NCBI GenBank assembly: GCA_964016885.1
Contig: OZ024743.1
Coordinates: 170,438,001 to 170,502,000 of the forward strand
From: Eledone cirrhosa
Taxonomy: Eukaryota
Direction: 5' to 3'
Length of the DNA stretch: 64,000 bases
A program made the position numbers and the translations under genes. This document shows, piece by piece, positions 50,380 to 63,622 of the stretch. Each line of letters starts with the position of its first letter. The stretch's first letter is position 1. The notes under the pieces were generated by a model. That model was not told the origin of the DNA and did no database searches. It saw only the letters and a list, made by a program, of their open reading frames with translations.

Positions 50380-50700
50380 TGAAGTCACTGGAATGGCGAT
50401 CCCCAAACTAAATATGAATGGAGAGGCTTTACTAGACTTCTGTTCTGTTATGAACACCTTCTTCCAGCGCAGTGACATCCATAAATATACATAGTATAAG
50501 GGGAATCAGGGACAGAGATCAATAATTGATTTTGTTATTGTTTCTGATCTCTTTGATTCTGTGCTGGATGTTCATGTTAAGAGAGGGGCTGAGCTGTCAA
50601 CTGGTCCCCATCTAGTTATCTGTAACTTGAGACTACCTAAAGCCAAAGAAGCCCACAAAACAGGCAGGTCTAGGGCGACCTACAGGATAAAATGTTAACC
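50380..50700 (+). mobile_element. RTE APE-domain fragment in inverted orientation
   Basis: LLDFCSVMNTFFQ...HKYT*...RSIIDFVIVS...VLDVHVKRGAELSTGPHLV. Confidence 0.8.
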
Positions 50701-51304
50701 CAATGAATTTAACTCTATAAATAGAGCATTTTTTTTTTTTTTTTGACAGAGTTAGTAGAGCAGTGAACATCATAATGCTTTGCAGTATTTATTCGAGACC
50801 TGAGCGTACCAGTCAAATAAAGACATGTAACCTTGTGATTAGGGTGTTGTGCTCATGATCATAAGGTAGTCGGTTCGATTCCCACACCAGGTAACAAGAT
50901 ATGACTTTTATTTAACAAGGTCGTTCTCAGACAGATTTGCGATCAGGTGTGAAGCAGTGGAGACTTCTGCTGTCTTTGGCATTAGGATCACTTCTCTTCT
51001 CACCACCATTGGCTACCTGCAGGTGTGAGCCTCGCGAGCTGAAATGGCTCTTCCAACAAGTTTCCCTCACCTTCCTCCGGAGAAATGTCTTCTCTTTTCT
51101 GTCTGCCAGAGCCACTGGGCAGCCAAGGCATGGGCCCCCATTTGCTTATGATAGTGAGATATGGTGAGATTGAATCTACTGATACAGTGAATCCACAACA
51201 ATAATAATAATTCCTTCTAGCATTGGCACATGACCAACAAATTTGGGGAAGGGGAAAGTTGATAACATTGACTCCCCAGTATTTAACTGGTATGTTGTAA
51301 ATAA

Positions 51305-51491
51305 TTGTTTCTACTTTAGGCACAAGGCCAGCAATTATCCCAGTGCATTACTGGTACTTTATTTTATCGACCCCGTAAGGATGAAAGGCAAAGTTAACCT
51401 CGGTGGGATTTGAACTCAGATCATAAAGGGACGTAACTATGCTGGAAAGCATGGCGTCCGACCCTCTACCGATACTGCCAATCCGCCGCCC
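51305..51491 (-). mobile_element. S1 SINE with 16-bp TSD GTATGTTGTAAATAAT
   Basis: The duplicated sequence is present on both sides. Confidence 0.92.
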
Positions 51492-53021
51492 TCGTATGTT
51501 GTAAATAATGATAGTTGTTATTATCATCATCATCGCTCTTATCATTGATATAATTTTTGTATTTCTCTTTTGAATTCATGTGAAGAGAAGGAATAAGGGA
51601 ATATTGGGAGTGAAAGTGTGTATATATGAGTGAAGGGATTTATTTATACATATGTGTACATGTGTGTGTATGTATGTAAATTAGTGTGTGTATAACCGAA
51701 TGTGTTTCTATGTGAGCGAGTATATATCGAGTGTATTTGTGTATGAGTATGTGTATATATAAGTAAATGTATTTGTTTGTAGGTGTGTGTGTATAAGGGT
51801 ATGACAGAGTGACTGTAAATAAATGTGTTTGTGATGTGTGTTTATGTAAAGATCTATGTATGTGTTAGTGTGTATATATCCATTCATTCTTTTATTTACA
51901 CTATCCTTTCTTACATAAGTTTAATGTTTCACATATTTATTGTAAGAAAGGGTTGAAAGAAGCAGACAAAGTTTGTGGCATTCATTAGCAGCAAATATAT
52001 ACCTAAAATATTTACAACAGATTTGTTGTTGGTAGTGGTTGGGAAATATGGTTGTTGGGTGTATAGACTACTGCATCATTACCATCTTCATCATCATATC
52101 AGTATTGTATCACATGTAAATGAAGATTTCTATACTGCAGTAAGAGTGCACCTGGAATTAGTCAGAGTGACACTGCACCCAATGCAATACCTTGGCATCA
52201 ATTAGAGAATGTCATATGATATTGGCACTATTTAGTAATGTAATTCAGCAGATGTTTGGTGCAACAGATATGATGCAACAATTACTTTCATTTGAGGGAG
52301 ATTTGGCTGCTATTTCTACCAATTTGGGTATTCTAAATTAGATAAAAATATAACCAGCCTGGTCTTTTTTTCTCTTTTTCTTTAGGTGTAATATATCTAA
52401 AACTACATAGTTTTTGTGTCTTTATTTCTTTTTAGATGGTAACATAAGGTATGAATTGTGAGTTATTTGGCTGCTATTTCTTGTAGGTTGAATGGCTCCT
52501 GTGTGATTGTAGTTATTGTAGTTGTTTAGCCCCAGGTCAACTTTGATCAAATGCGTGCCAAATATAACATGAATCAATAGAAGCGTGTCTGGTATTTCGA
52601 CTGCTAGAAATAGCAGCCAAATTGGCTACATATCAAAACTTACTATCTTAAAAACAAAGATAAGGGCATATTAGATAATGTAGTCATAGCTTTATAAAGC
52701 ATTTTGGATGGTCACATTTGAAACATCTATGGTTTTAGATCTGGTCTGGGGCTCCACAACTACAACTGATCTCCTAGATGGATCAGCACCTCATTTCGCT
52801 TACATTTGTTCCTGCTTTCTACAAAATGTGCCATGCATGTAACCATGGCACAGCACTAGAGAGGTCATTATATCCTTCACACAAGTGAAGAGTTGTCTCA
52901 ATCCTTTTTTTGGTATGATTTCTTCAGCTGGATGCCCCTCCTATCACCAACCACATTATATATGGGAAGTGGATGTAAAATGATGACGATTATAATGGTT
53001 AGTAGCTGGTGATTCACTCTA

Positions 53022-53860
53022 TTATCATCATTTTTATGTCTGTTTCTCCATGCTTGCTTGGGTTAGACGGGTTCTCTTCAGCTCAGCATCTCTCCACTCA
53101 CTGTGTTCCATCATCATCTCCTCTGTGAGCCTCAGCAATCTGAAATCAGCTCTTACTACCTTGGCCCAGATCTTCCTTGGTCTACCTCTACTGCAGCTTC
53201 CTTCCACCAAAATTTCCTTGCACTTCTTCACTCAGCGATCATCATCCATGTGTATCACATGTCTCTACCAACACAGTCTTCTCTCTTGTACACAACTTCA
53301 GATTTATCTTAAATTTAGCTTCTCCCTTAGTTCATCCAAGCCCTGCCTTTCTCTCACATTTACATGCACATCCAATGAAGAATAGTTGCTTCATTTCTCT
53401 CTCGCCTACACATGTCCTCACACAGACATCATACAGTTGTCCTTTTGTATGTAGGGAGAAATCTTTTGTTGTCATTAACATTGGGAGTAGTTCTCTAAAC
53501 TTTCATCCCATCCTTATTCTAGGTACTATGCTCACAGAGCACCCTCCTCCGCTGCTAATTTGGTCACCTAGATATCAGCCACTTCTATTGATCCTTCCTG
53601 TGATTGGAAAAGGTTTATATCACTGACACTTTTTCCCTGTGCATCTTTAACATAGAAAGTCTTCCCTTCTTATTAGTCTACCAGATATCAGGCTACATCT
53701 CAAGATTTACATTGTGTACATTGTATAGAGTTTATACTTACTCCTTTTCCACATTTTGAACAGGGCCACCTCCCTAAGGGAATCAGATTCCTATCTTCTT
53801 TCCTACTTACTAGGACTTTAGTTTTGGCTAAGTTTTTATCTCAGATGTTTTGATTCCATA
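53022..53860 (-). mobile_element. RTE LINE family 1-like 3' fragment (old)
   Basis: RGRPRKIW; homologous to 38600-39480. Confidence 0.82.
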
Positions 53861-54143
53861 CAATATTAAGCAATTATTGTCTGATCAATAACATTTACAC
53901 TTTATATAAGTTAAACTTGGAGTAATAATAGAGTATTTACTAAATATTGTCTGATGGATCACAATATAATTGTATTTTGTGGGGTGTTTTGGCTAATTCG
54001 GTTTGTTGTATTTTGTTGTTGAGTAGGATTGTGTGAGGAAAAATTATATATATCATGTCTCTGATACTCTTTGGACTAAGATTCCTATTGAAAGGTTTCA
54101 GGTACAAAAGGTTTTTGTGTTATAGTTTCAATTTAAATTGTAA

Positions 54144-56224
54144 CTAGCAGAAAAAGCACCCTTCGGGTGGTTTTCTGCTAGCATGTGTAGTGTGTATATT
54201 GATATTATCATCATCATCATCACCGTTTTATGCCCATTCTTGCACGCTAGCATGGGTTAGATGGGTTGTCCTGTTGTGGGCAGTAGCCGGTCGGCTGACC
54301 ATGCCTTGCTCATACGGGAACTGATTCTGGCTTGATTTCTACAGCTGGATGCCCTTCCTAACACCAACCTCATTTACAGTGAGTGTTAGGTGCTTTTTTT
54401 CCGTGGTGCCTACACGTCCACTTTACAGTGTGGGCTGGGTGCTTTTTTGCCGTGGCACCTCCACGACCATTTTGCAGTGGGAGGGTGTGGGGGCATATTG
54501 TCTATATGCTTCAGCTTCGGCTTGTACCCGTGGGGGGGTCGGGTCTTCTGTATTACTGTGTGACGCCAGAGGTCAGGGTCGTGTGTCATCGCCTTTGAGA
54601 GGTGTAATTGGGTAAGGTTGGCTTTTATCACCTCATCCCAGGTCTTCTTGGGTCTCCCCACTCCGCAGTTTCCATCGACTTCTAGTGCTCTGCACCTTTT
54701 TATGCAGCTATCATCCTTCATACGCATTACATGTCCATACCAACGCAGCTGCCTCTCCTGCACAGAGCATTTGATTCCTCTTATGCTCAGTCTCTCTCTC
54801 AATTCATTTATGCTTTGCCGTTCACATATATTACTATTACACATCCATCGGAGCATGCAGGCTTCGTTTCTTTCTAATATACGCAAGTCTTCCACAGACA
54901 GCGCCCAGGTCTCACTACCATGTAACATTGCTGTTCGTATACATGCAGCATACAGTCTGACTTTCATTTTGAGGGAAAAACCTTTTGCAGCTAGCAGTGG
55001 CAGTAGCTCCCTGAACTTCTTCCATCCCGTTCTTACCCTAGTTATTGTACTTTCCGAACACCCACCTCCACTGCTAATTCGGTCACCTAGGTAGCAGAAG
55101 CTGTCTACTGTTTCTACAGAGCCCTCCCAGAGTTTGGTGGTACTTGTTTCCTGTGGCTGTTTGTTGCTTGCTGTCCCAGCACAGCTGCTACATGTGAAGC
55201 CTACATTTTTAGTTAAGCTTCCTGAGATCCCGCTACATCTCTTGTGTACCCATTGTTTGCATTTAGGGCAGAGAATGGAGTTCCTACCTACACCTTTCCT
55301 ACATACTGAGCAAGGCCATTTCCCTGAGGGGATCTGGGTTCTGTTTTCTCTTCTACTTACAAGGACCTTAGTCTTTGTTAGGTTGACTTTGAGACCCTTT
55401 CTTTCTAGTCCCTGCTTCCAAGTTTGGAATTTCTTCTCTAGTTCTACCATAGATTCAGCTGTAAGTGCAAGATCATCTGCATACAGGAGTTCCCATGGGC
55501 ATCCGGTCTTAAACTCTTCTGTTATTGCCTGCAGGACTATGATGAACAGGAGAGAGCTAAGAACAGAGCCCTGGTGGACCCCAACCTGTACGCTAAATTC
55601 CTAGCTATAGTCATTGCTAATCCTAACTTTGCTGACTGCTCCCCTATACATGGCTTGTACAGCTTTCACAAGCCATTCATCTACTCCTAGTTTTCTAAGA
55701 GCCCACCAGATTATAGCACGGGGAACTCTGTCAAAGGCTTTCTCGAGATCGACGAATGACAGGTAGAGTGGCTTACTTTTAGCTAGGCACTTTTCCTGTA
55801 ACTGCCTCACAAGGAAGAGATATACATATAGATATGATACATCAAATCAAATCGTAATTGATAATATACACAGAAATTGAACAAAGACTGTGTTACACTG
55901 TCTTAGGTAATCAGTAACGTAATCCATGATACATTAAAAAAAAGACGATATTATATATAAACTGTATTAGGAGAAAATTAGTGACAGAAAATTAATATGT
56001 TTATTTAAGCGATTGCCACCGGAAGTGTTGACATTTGAAAATTTGAAAGAAGTGAATCTTTAAATAAATAATAAAATATATTTAATGAACAGCCACGAAA
56101 TTTAGTAGATAAATTATGTAATATTCATTCATTATTTATTCAAAGTAATCCAACTTATTTTACTAATGGGATAAAAAATTATAAGCCGTACAGTCTCGCG
56201 CTTCTTACTTTATTATAGTTTAGA
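54144..56224 (-). mobile_element. Non-autonomous Helitron, split by an RTE insertion
   Basis: rc 5' a|TCTAAACTATAATAAAG at 56224; 3' hairpin plus CTAG|t at 54144. Confidence 0.75.
54208..55818 (-). mobile_element. RTE LINE (PHD-bearing subfamily), 5'-truncated
   Basis: DLEKAFDRV, QGSVLS, YADD, C4HC3 insert, FCYLG, HGSETW; long 3' UTR with (GAT)n tail. Confidence 0.93.
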
Positions 56225-56414
56225 TTTTATTTAATTGGGTAATTGTATTTCGTGTAGTGTGTGTTTGTTGATTTTGTTGTTGGTTAGGGTTGTGTAAGGA
56301 AAAATTATATATACTTTACAAGTAACAGTGGAGTATTTGATAAATATTATCTGATGGACATCAAACACTCTTTATAAGTGTGAAACTTCATGTAATACTG
56401 TTTTCCCAGGATTT

Positions 56415-56868
56415 TCTAAACTATAATAAAGTAAGGAATACGGGACTGCGTACGGTTTATAATTTTTTATCCCATTAGTAAAATAAGTTGGATTACTTTA
56501 AATAAATAATGAATATTACATATTTTTTCTAATAAATTTTGTAGCTGTTGATTAAATATATCTTATTGTTTATTTAAAGATTCACTTCTTTAAAATTTTC
56601 AAATGTCAACACTTCTGGTTAGCGATTGCTTAAATAAACATTCATATATTTCCGTCACTAATTTTCTCCTAATGCAGTTTATATATAATATCGTCTTTTT
56701 TTAATGTATCATGGATTACATGACTGATTACATAAGACAGTGTAACGCAGTCTACGTTCAATTACGATTTTAGTTGATGTATCATATCTACATACATGTA
56801 TACTTGCATATAATATGCACACTACACAAGCTAGCAGAAAACCACACGAAGGGTGGTTTTTCTGCTAG
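56415..56868 (+). mobile_element. Non-autonomous Helitron, sister of 54144-56224
   Basis: 5' TCTAAACTATAATAAAG; 3' CTAGCAGAAAACCAC..GTGGTTTTTCTGCTAG|t. Confidence 0.75.
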
Positions 56869-58869
56869 TGATGATAATGATTCCATTATTGCTAAATATT
56901 GGCTGATGGATCACATATGTATGCTTTACATGTGTGAAACTGAATAACAACTATCCTTTCATTCCTATACAAGCTTATCATGAGTTCTTTTTGGAGGTGA
57001 TGTTTTATGGCCAGGTGTTGCTAACGCTGTAGAAACCATACAGAAAAAGGGGCGAGACGACTCTTCAGTTTTGTCAAGGGCACAAGAATCTCTTTAGTGT
57101 TGGTGACAAACCTAGTACACTCTGTAAAGTGGTTGGTGATAGGAAGGGCATGCAGCTGTAGAAAGCTGAGGGTTAGTGTATTTATTCTAAACTGGATACA
57201 CAGAATATCATTTACTCTGTAGCTACTCAGAGTTTTCTCTGTCTCACCCTTCCAACTGCAACTAATGTTTTTTTCCTCCTACCCACTCTTTTATTTATGT
57301 ATACCAAGTTATTTGGTTCTCCTTGCTCCTTATTCAACACTCTTTCAGCTCTCCTTGCATCTTCTCCACCCCCTCTACTATCCCCCCTCCCCTGTGTCCT
57401 ATCCTATTTTAAAAATTCCTAACCACTATTACAAACTACTGTTCACTCCTTATTGCTACTGCTACAACTACTCCACCACCACTGCTACTGCAAGATTTCT
57501 CATTTTGTACCTTCAATATTCTTTTCCTTCAATTGATTTTTAACAATGGCAATATGTATGTATGGAGACACTTTTCGCTTTATTGGAGGTGGTGGTAGTG
57601 GTGGTAGATGTGCTTGTGAGGTTAATTGTTGGTAGTGAAGGTGTTTGTGAGGGTGGTCATTAGTGTTAATAGCAGTTCTGATCAGACAGATCTATGATCA
57701 AACGGTATTCCAGCCATGACCATCCAATCTTTTTTTTTTCTCAGACAAAATGTATCTAGGATTTCATTATACAACCCCTTTTTTAAGGCTATAAGGTATG
57801 ATTTGTCAATATCAGAATTAATATATCAGTAGATGCATAAAAATGACTCAAATGTCAGATCAGTCCCAGAAAATAATGAATACTATTATGTTAATAGTGA
57901 AATTGTGAGGTGAACAGAAGAAGAATCATGACATATTGAATGATCTACTACTGCGGAACCCAGCAGGACCACATGACAGGTGCAATGTGTCCCACTGTCT
58001 GTATTGTGAGCAAATGGGGTCCCATGTGCTTGCCATGCCACAGCCCCGGCGGACAGAATAGAGAAGCTGTTTCCCCAGAGGATGGTAAGGGAAATGTGCT
58101 GGAAGAGCAATATGATATAGGGCAATTTCTTTTACATAAATGTTGGTAGCAGTAGTGATTAGGAAAATATTTTGGAGGTTAAGGCAGTGTGTTGGTTTGG
58201 AGGGGTGTTGATGGATCTGGAGTTGTATGTAGTGATGGTAAAGGTGATAGTGATGGAGTTAATAGTGGTTAAGGCTTGCCATTGTGGTAACTGATAAAGG
58301 GTGTATGAGAGTGTGTGTGATGATGGGGTGAGTTAAACATTTAATAAATAAATAAAACTTACTGATTTATTTACAACAAACTCTTCCATAGCCACTACTA
58401 CTATTACCACAACAACCACCATAACACTGATCAGAGTTATCCCTTAAGCATGAAAATTTAATTTTTTTAATTAATTGTTTCTCCTCTATGCTAATGTTTA
58501 GTAGAGGGTCTCAGTGCAGGGTCTACTTCTTATTGCATTGATGTGACCAAGATATTGCTCCAGTTGTCATGTCTCTTCATCTCACATTGAAGCCCTATCA
58601 ACAATTGCTGGGTATCTAAATACCCTGTTTTTGTGTCACAAAGTGCAGGGTGGTCATAATTCATAATCTTTTGTGATAAATGCTGCTAGGCATTTTTGGT
58701 TTCTTTCTCCAAGAAGAAAAATTTCAAGGGTGGAAATAAAACAAGAAAAATAAAAATAAAATTCAAATTGTTTTCTTTGAATAAGTGATTCTAATGAAAA
58801 AAATTCTGTTCAAACTGCTTATTCAAACTAGTTCTGTCTTTCAATTAAGTTTGAAAATAAGCAAGAATT

Positions 58870-60590
58870 GCAGGTTGGTTTTGCCTGTAAAATCTGTCCA
58901 ATGATTCTTTCCTGAGACATTCTAACCACATGCCCATAGTATTGGAGATGTGATCTCTCAATTCGGAGAAGTGGTGGATCTACCTGGAGTGACTCTCTGA
59001 TTTCCAAGCTACGCACTCTATCAAGTAACATTACTCCAAAGACCCTTCAGAGAAACTCCATTTTGGCTGCTATTATTCGTGATCATATTCTTTTGGTCAT
59101 TATCCAAGATTCATGACCATAGGTAAAGTTTGGCATGAATACCAAATTGAAGATGGCGAGTTTGGCTTTTACACCTTCTTCTGATAACTGAATGCTGAAG
59201 CTGGTACATGACTGCAGTTCTTGCACTTAATTCAGACTCCTGCATTCCATCACTCATGAACATGGGTCTCGAGATACTTGAACTTCTCTACCTGCTTCAG
59301 TGGAACAACATTCACATGTAGAGTGCACTGCACAGGCTTCCTTGAGAGGACAAGCATCTCAGTTTATTGCTGCATTCCCGCCATGCAACACTCAGCATCA
59401 AACCTATCAAGTGCAAGTCAGAGATCACCTGTCAAGTTAAGTAACACCATGTCGCCTACAAATTCCAGCCGACTAATTTTACACTCATCAGTCATGTTAC
59501 CAACCCAGCTGCACATGTCAATCCCGTTCATGTAAATAAGGAACAGGATAGGTGACAGTATGCATTCTTGGTAGACTCTGACTCCCTCATTGAATGGTTT
59601 GGATTTAGCACCATTTATCCAAACACACGTACCCAGCCATTCTAGGGACAACAGAGCAGCAAGAAGCTGACCATCAATCCCATACTCCTTCCACAGCAGG
59701 TCCCGACGAATGTATTCATATGCTTTTACAAGGTCGACAAAACAAGAATATACTTCTTGGCAATACTCCTACGATTTCTCGAATACCTGCCACAGTGTTA
59801 ATATTTGGTCAGCTGTGCTGCATGCAGGGCAAAACCCACACTGTTCATCAGCTAGCTTGGACTCAACAATCTCCCTGCATCTCTTTGCTAGACATTTAGC
59901 ATAGACTTTACCAGGGAGGCTTAACAAGGAGATCCCTCTGTAATTGGAACAATCTCTCTTGTCTCCCTTTTAGAAAATTGGGATTATCACTCCTGATTGC
60001 CATTGCTTAGGTGCCTTTCCAGAGATCCAGACCACCTACCACACACGAGTCAGCCAGAGAATACCTTCTTTATTTAAGGCTTTTAACACCTTTGGTTGGA
60101 TTTCACCTTCCCCAACAGCCTTGCCACATTTGAGCTCTTTAACTGCTCTTGTGACTTCAGCCTCAGAGAGGTGCTCCCAGATGCACCTCATGTACATCAG
60201 AAGATGCTGTTGTAATCGGGTTTAGAAGATCAGCAAAATATTCTCTCGACCTTGTGAGGATGCACCTCTCTGAAGAGAGGAGGACATTAGATGTGTTTTT
60301 GATAGCAGGTGATGGGTGGTCTGCAGCACACTTTATTTGCTGATCTGAAGTCAGATTCCAGCTTAATCCGAAAGTCCTCCCATGACTTAACTTTGGATGA
60401 CTTTACTGTCTTTGCTGCAATTCTTCATGCCTGCATCTACGACAAGTGCAAGAAAGAGGACTATTTCGAAACCAAGCTTTGTAAGCCTCCTTCTTTGCTT
60501 GGATGGAATCTTTGACCTGACCTCTTGATTGAAGCAAGGGGTCCTCTTGCCATCCGGTGCCACACCAAGCCTCTTTGCCCACAATTTTCA
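58870..60590 (-). mobile_element. RTE LINE family 2, degraded
   Basis: NYRGISLLSLPGKVYA, FVDLVKAY, Q.CILSP.LF, FKYL, RIERS.L.YYGHVVRM. Confidence 0.88.
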
Positions 60591-61519
60591 AATAATTTTG
60601 GAAATAATGGAAAAATTGAATTGATTTAGGAATATGACTAACTTTCTAATTACTATGCTGGTGTTTGGAACGTAACTTAGCAAAAGTTCTTACATAAAAT
60701 TATGATGGAAGGATTTAAGATTAATATAAATGCTTTGAAATAATCAGCTTTAAATTTGTAGAACCAGGGGCAGTTTCAGGCAATTTAGTGTCAAAAAGGT
60801 TGATAAAAAACTGTCATAGTTATGAGTAAGTCCCAAAATAACACTGAAATCTTGCCTCAAATGACAAATACCTTGCTAATCTTAAAAGAAACAAAACAAG
60901 CCAAAATATTTGAGAATACATTGAAAACAATGTAGTTGTAGATATCCTGTTATATCTGATGGTGAGGTGTGAAGTGGGGGTAAAGATGAGATGATCATGA
61001 TTGGATGGAAGATCTTTGATCATAGGTCTGCTTAATCACCTCCAAACTGGGTGGTGGTGGTGGTGGTAGCAGTAATGATGGTGGTGATGGTTCTGAGAGC
61101 CAAACAAGAAAAACAAGATCTTATTAGATAAACAATATTGGATATCAGTACCACCAGTTTTCTAGAATTAATGTTATTGTTGATGCTGCTGTTGTGTCTG
61201 TATAACCTATCTTAATATACAATTTAGTTATTGAAACAAGGTCATATACACACACATACATAAACAAACACACACATACATACATGATGTTTATTTTGAA
61301 TTAGTTTCAAGATAAGGCAGATTATCTTGTTGCCAGTAGAAATGATGGTGGAAGGAAGATAAAACAACCAGTCAGCAAGTAAACCATCCAGCCAGCCAAC
61401 AAGTCAAATAAAATACTTTACATAGCTTTTTAAATATACTACTCACCCATCTTCACCTCCTACTTCTACTGGTTTCAGTTATTGAACTAAGGTAATTCTT
61501 TGTTGAATTATTTCTAGAG

Positions 61520-61975
61520 GGGTTGTTGGGGGTAGAGTCCTCAAACACACCTCCCCGAGGGTCTATCTGAAACAACCATCTCAAGCTCATGGACGTCATC
61601 CAACCACTGTGTTTGTGGAGAACCAAAGGTAGACCACAAATACAGTGGTTGGATCACTTTGTTCATAAAATCTGTCCAGTAATTATTTCCTTAGAGATTC
61701 TAACCAAATGTCCATAGTATCGGAACTGTGACTCCTTGATCTCTGAGCTGTGCACCCTATCAAGTAACATTATTCTAAAAACCCTTTGGAAGAACACCAT
61801 TCTGGCGGCGGTTTGTATTCGCAATTGTATTCTTTCTGTCATTACCCAAGATTCATGATCATAGATAAGGGTTGGCACAAATCTGAATTGAAGATAGCTA
61901 GTTTGGCTTTTACACCCACTTCCCTTCTCTGACCAAATGCTGAAGCTGGCACATTACTGCACCAGCTCCAGCAAT
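61520..61975 (-). mobile_element. RTE LINE family 2, 3' fragment
   Basis: PTLIYDHESWVMTERI; 3' end matches 48595-48710. Confidence 0.8.
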
Positions 61976-62779
61976 TCTTAGATTTAACTTAGCTTCCTGA
62001 ATCTTTAATACTCAAACTGCTAAATTATGGGACAATGACTGCACCTGTTGTTAACATAAATACAAGCATGAACACATATATATCTACGATGGGCTTCTGC
62101 ACAGTTTCTGACTACTAAATTTCAATGAGAAAGCATCGGTGAAACTGAGGCTAAAGAAAAAAAACATTTGCCATGTAGTGTGACTGAATCTGAAACTATG
62201 TGGTTGTAAAGAAAACTTCTTGACTACACATTTGTGCCTGTACCTATATTTGTAGTATCATCTTTAACTCTTTTGTTGCTTGTTGGTGTAGCTGTTGTTA
62301 TTGGTTGTTATTGTTGTTTTAGTCAGTCCTATGTGAGCAAGTCTACAATCAATGATATTCCAGCCATAGCCATTCCCTCTAATTTTGTTTTTGTAGACTA
62401 TACTACAATATTCAATATATTCTTTACTTAAGATGGTATGATTTGAAGGAGATTTGGCTGCTATATCTCAAGTAAGTTGAGTGAACACATAGAAGTTCCT
62501 TTGTTGTTGTTATCCTCAACTCAATGATGATCAAGCAGGGCTGATTCTCATGATAGGCGACCTAACTAACCTTCGAATCTTATTTTTCCTTTTTTTTTTA
62601 TTTTAGCCTCAGTCTACCCAGGATTATATTATTCAATGTGTCCCCTATTTTTTAAGATATTAGACATGGTTGGGTAGGAATTTAATTACTATTTCAAGAA
62701 GATCAATTCACCCATGAGAAGCCTAAGAGTTAGCTTGTTGACACTATCATTTTTTCTGTTGAGTGTGTGAAGCAGATTA

Positions 62780-63270
62780 AATATCCATCTATATATCATC
62801 CAGATCAAATATCCATCTATATGTCATCCATATCAAATATCCATCTATATGTCATCCATATCAAATATCCATCTATATGTCATCCATATCAAATATCCAC
62901 CTATATGTTATCCATATCAAATATCCATCTATATGTCATCCATATCAAATATCCACCTATATATCATCCATATCAAATATCCATCTATATGTCATCCATA
63001 TCAAATATCCATCTATATGTCATCCATATCAAATATCCATCTATATGTCATCCATATCAAATATCCACCTATATGTTATCCATATCAAATATCCATCTAT
63101 ATGTCATCCATATCAAATATCCATCTATATGTCATCCATATCAAATATCCATCTATATGTCATCCATATCAAATATCCACCTATATATCATCCATATCAA
63201 ATATCCATCTATATGTCATCCATATCAAATATACATCTATATGTCATCCATATCAAATATCCACTTATAT
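62780..63270. repeat. 28-bp minisatellite, about 17.5 copies (AATATCCATCTATATGTCATCCATATCA)
   Basis: Directly visible head-to-tail units. Confidence 0.97.
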
Positions 63271-63324
63271 GTGCCAACCCTACCCCCACCGCCATCTACA
63301 CCACCCCTTTCGATGTAAAGCTAT

Positions 63325-63580
63325 GTTGGTACCACATCCAGTCCTAAATAAATGAGGTCGTGTAGGTGTCATGACAAAAAGACACACAGTCCACGCTGTA
63401 ATGTGGCCGTGTAGGTAACACGGTAAAAACCTCCCAGTCCACACTGTAAACGTGGTTGGTGTTAGGAAGGGCATCCAGCCGTAGAAAACCCGCCAGACAG
63501 TCCTGAGCAAGACAACCAATCTTGCCTCAAGTGGGACAATTCCCATCCAGACCCATGCTAGTGTGGAAAATGGACGTTAA

Positions 63581-63622
<42 letters not shown>
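63325..63622 (+). mobile_element. RTE 3'-UTR-type repeat with (GAT)n tail
   Basis: GGTTGGTGTTAGGAAGGGCATCCAGCCGTAGAAA, CCCATGCTAGTGTGGAAAA. Confidence 0.8.

Noticed and set aside
52141-52219. Possible plus-strand exon (also 17623-17710)
   Set aside because: An acceptor-like AG is present but there is no convincing donor or recognisable peptide.
54144-56868. Single long-TIR DNA transposon
   Set aside because: Each arm has its own TC start and CTAG end, and the spacer resembles the flanks, so two Helitrons fit better.
62767-63355. Three long overlapping ORFs or a CRISPR-like array
   Set aside because: Pure tandem repeat with no unique spacers, in a eukaryotic context; the ORFs are by-products of the repeat.
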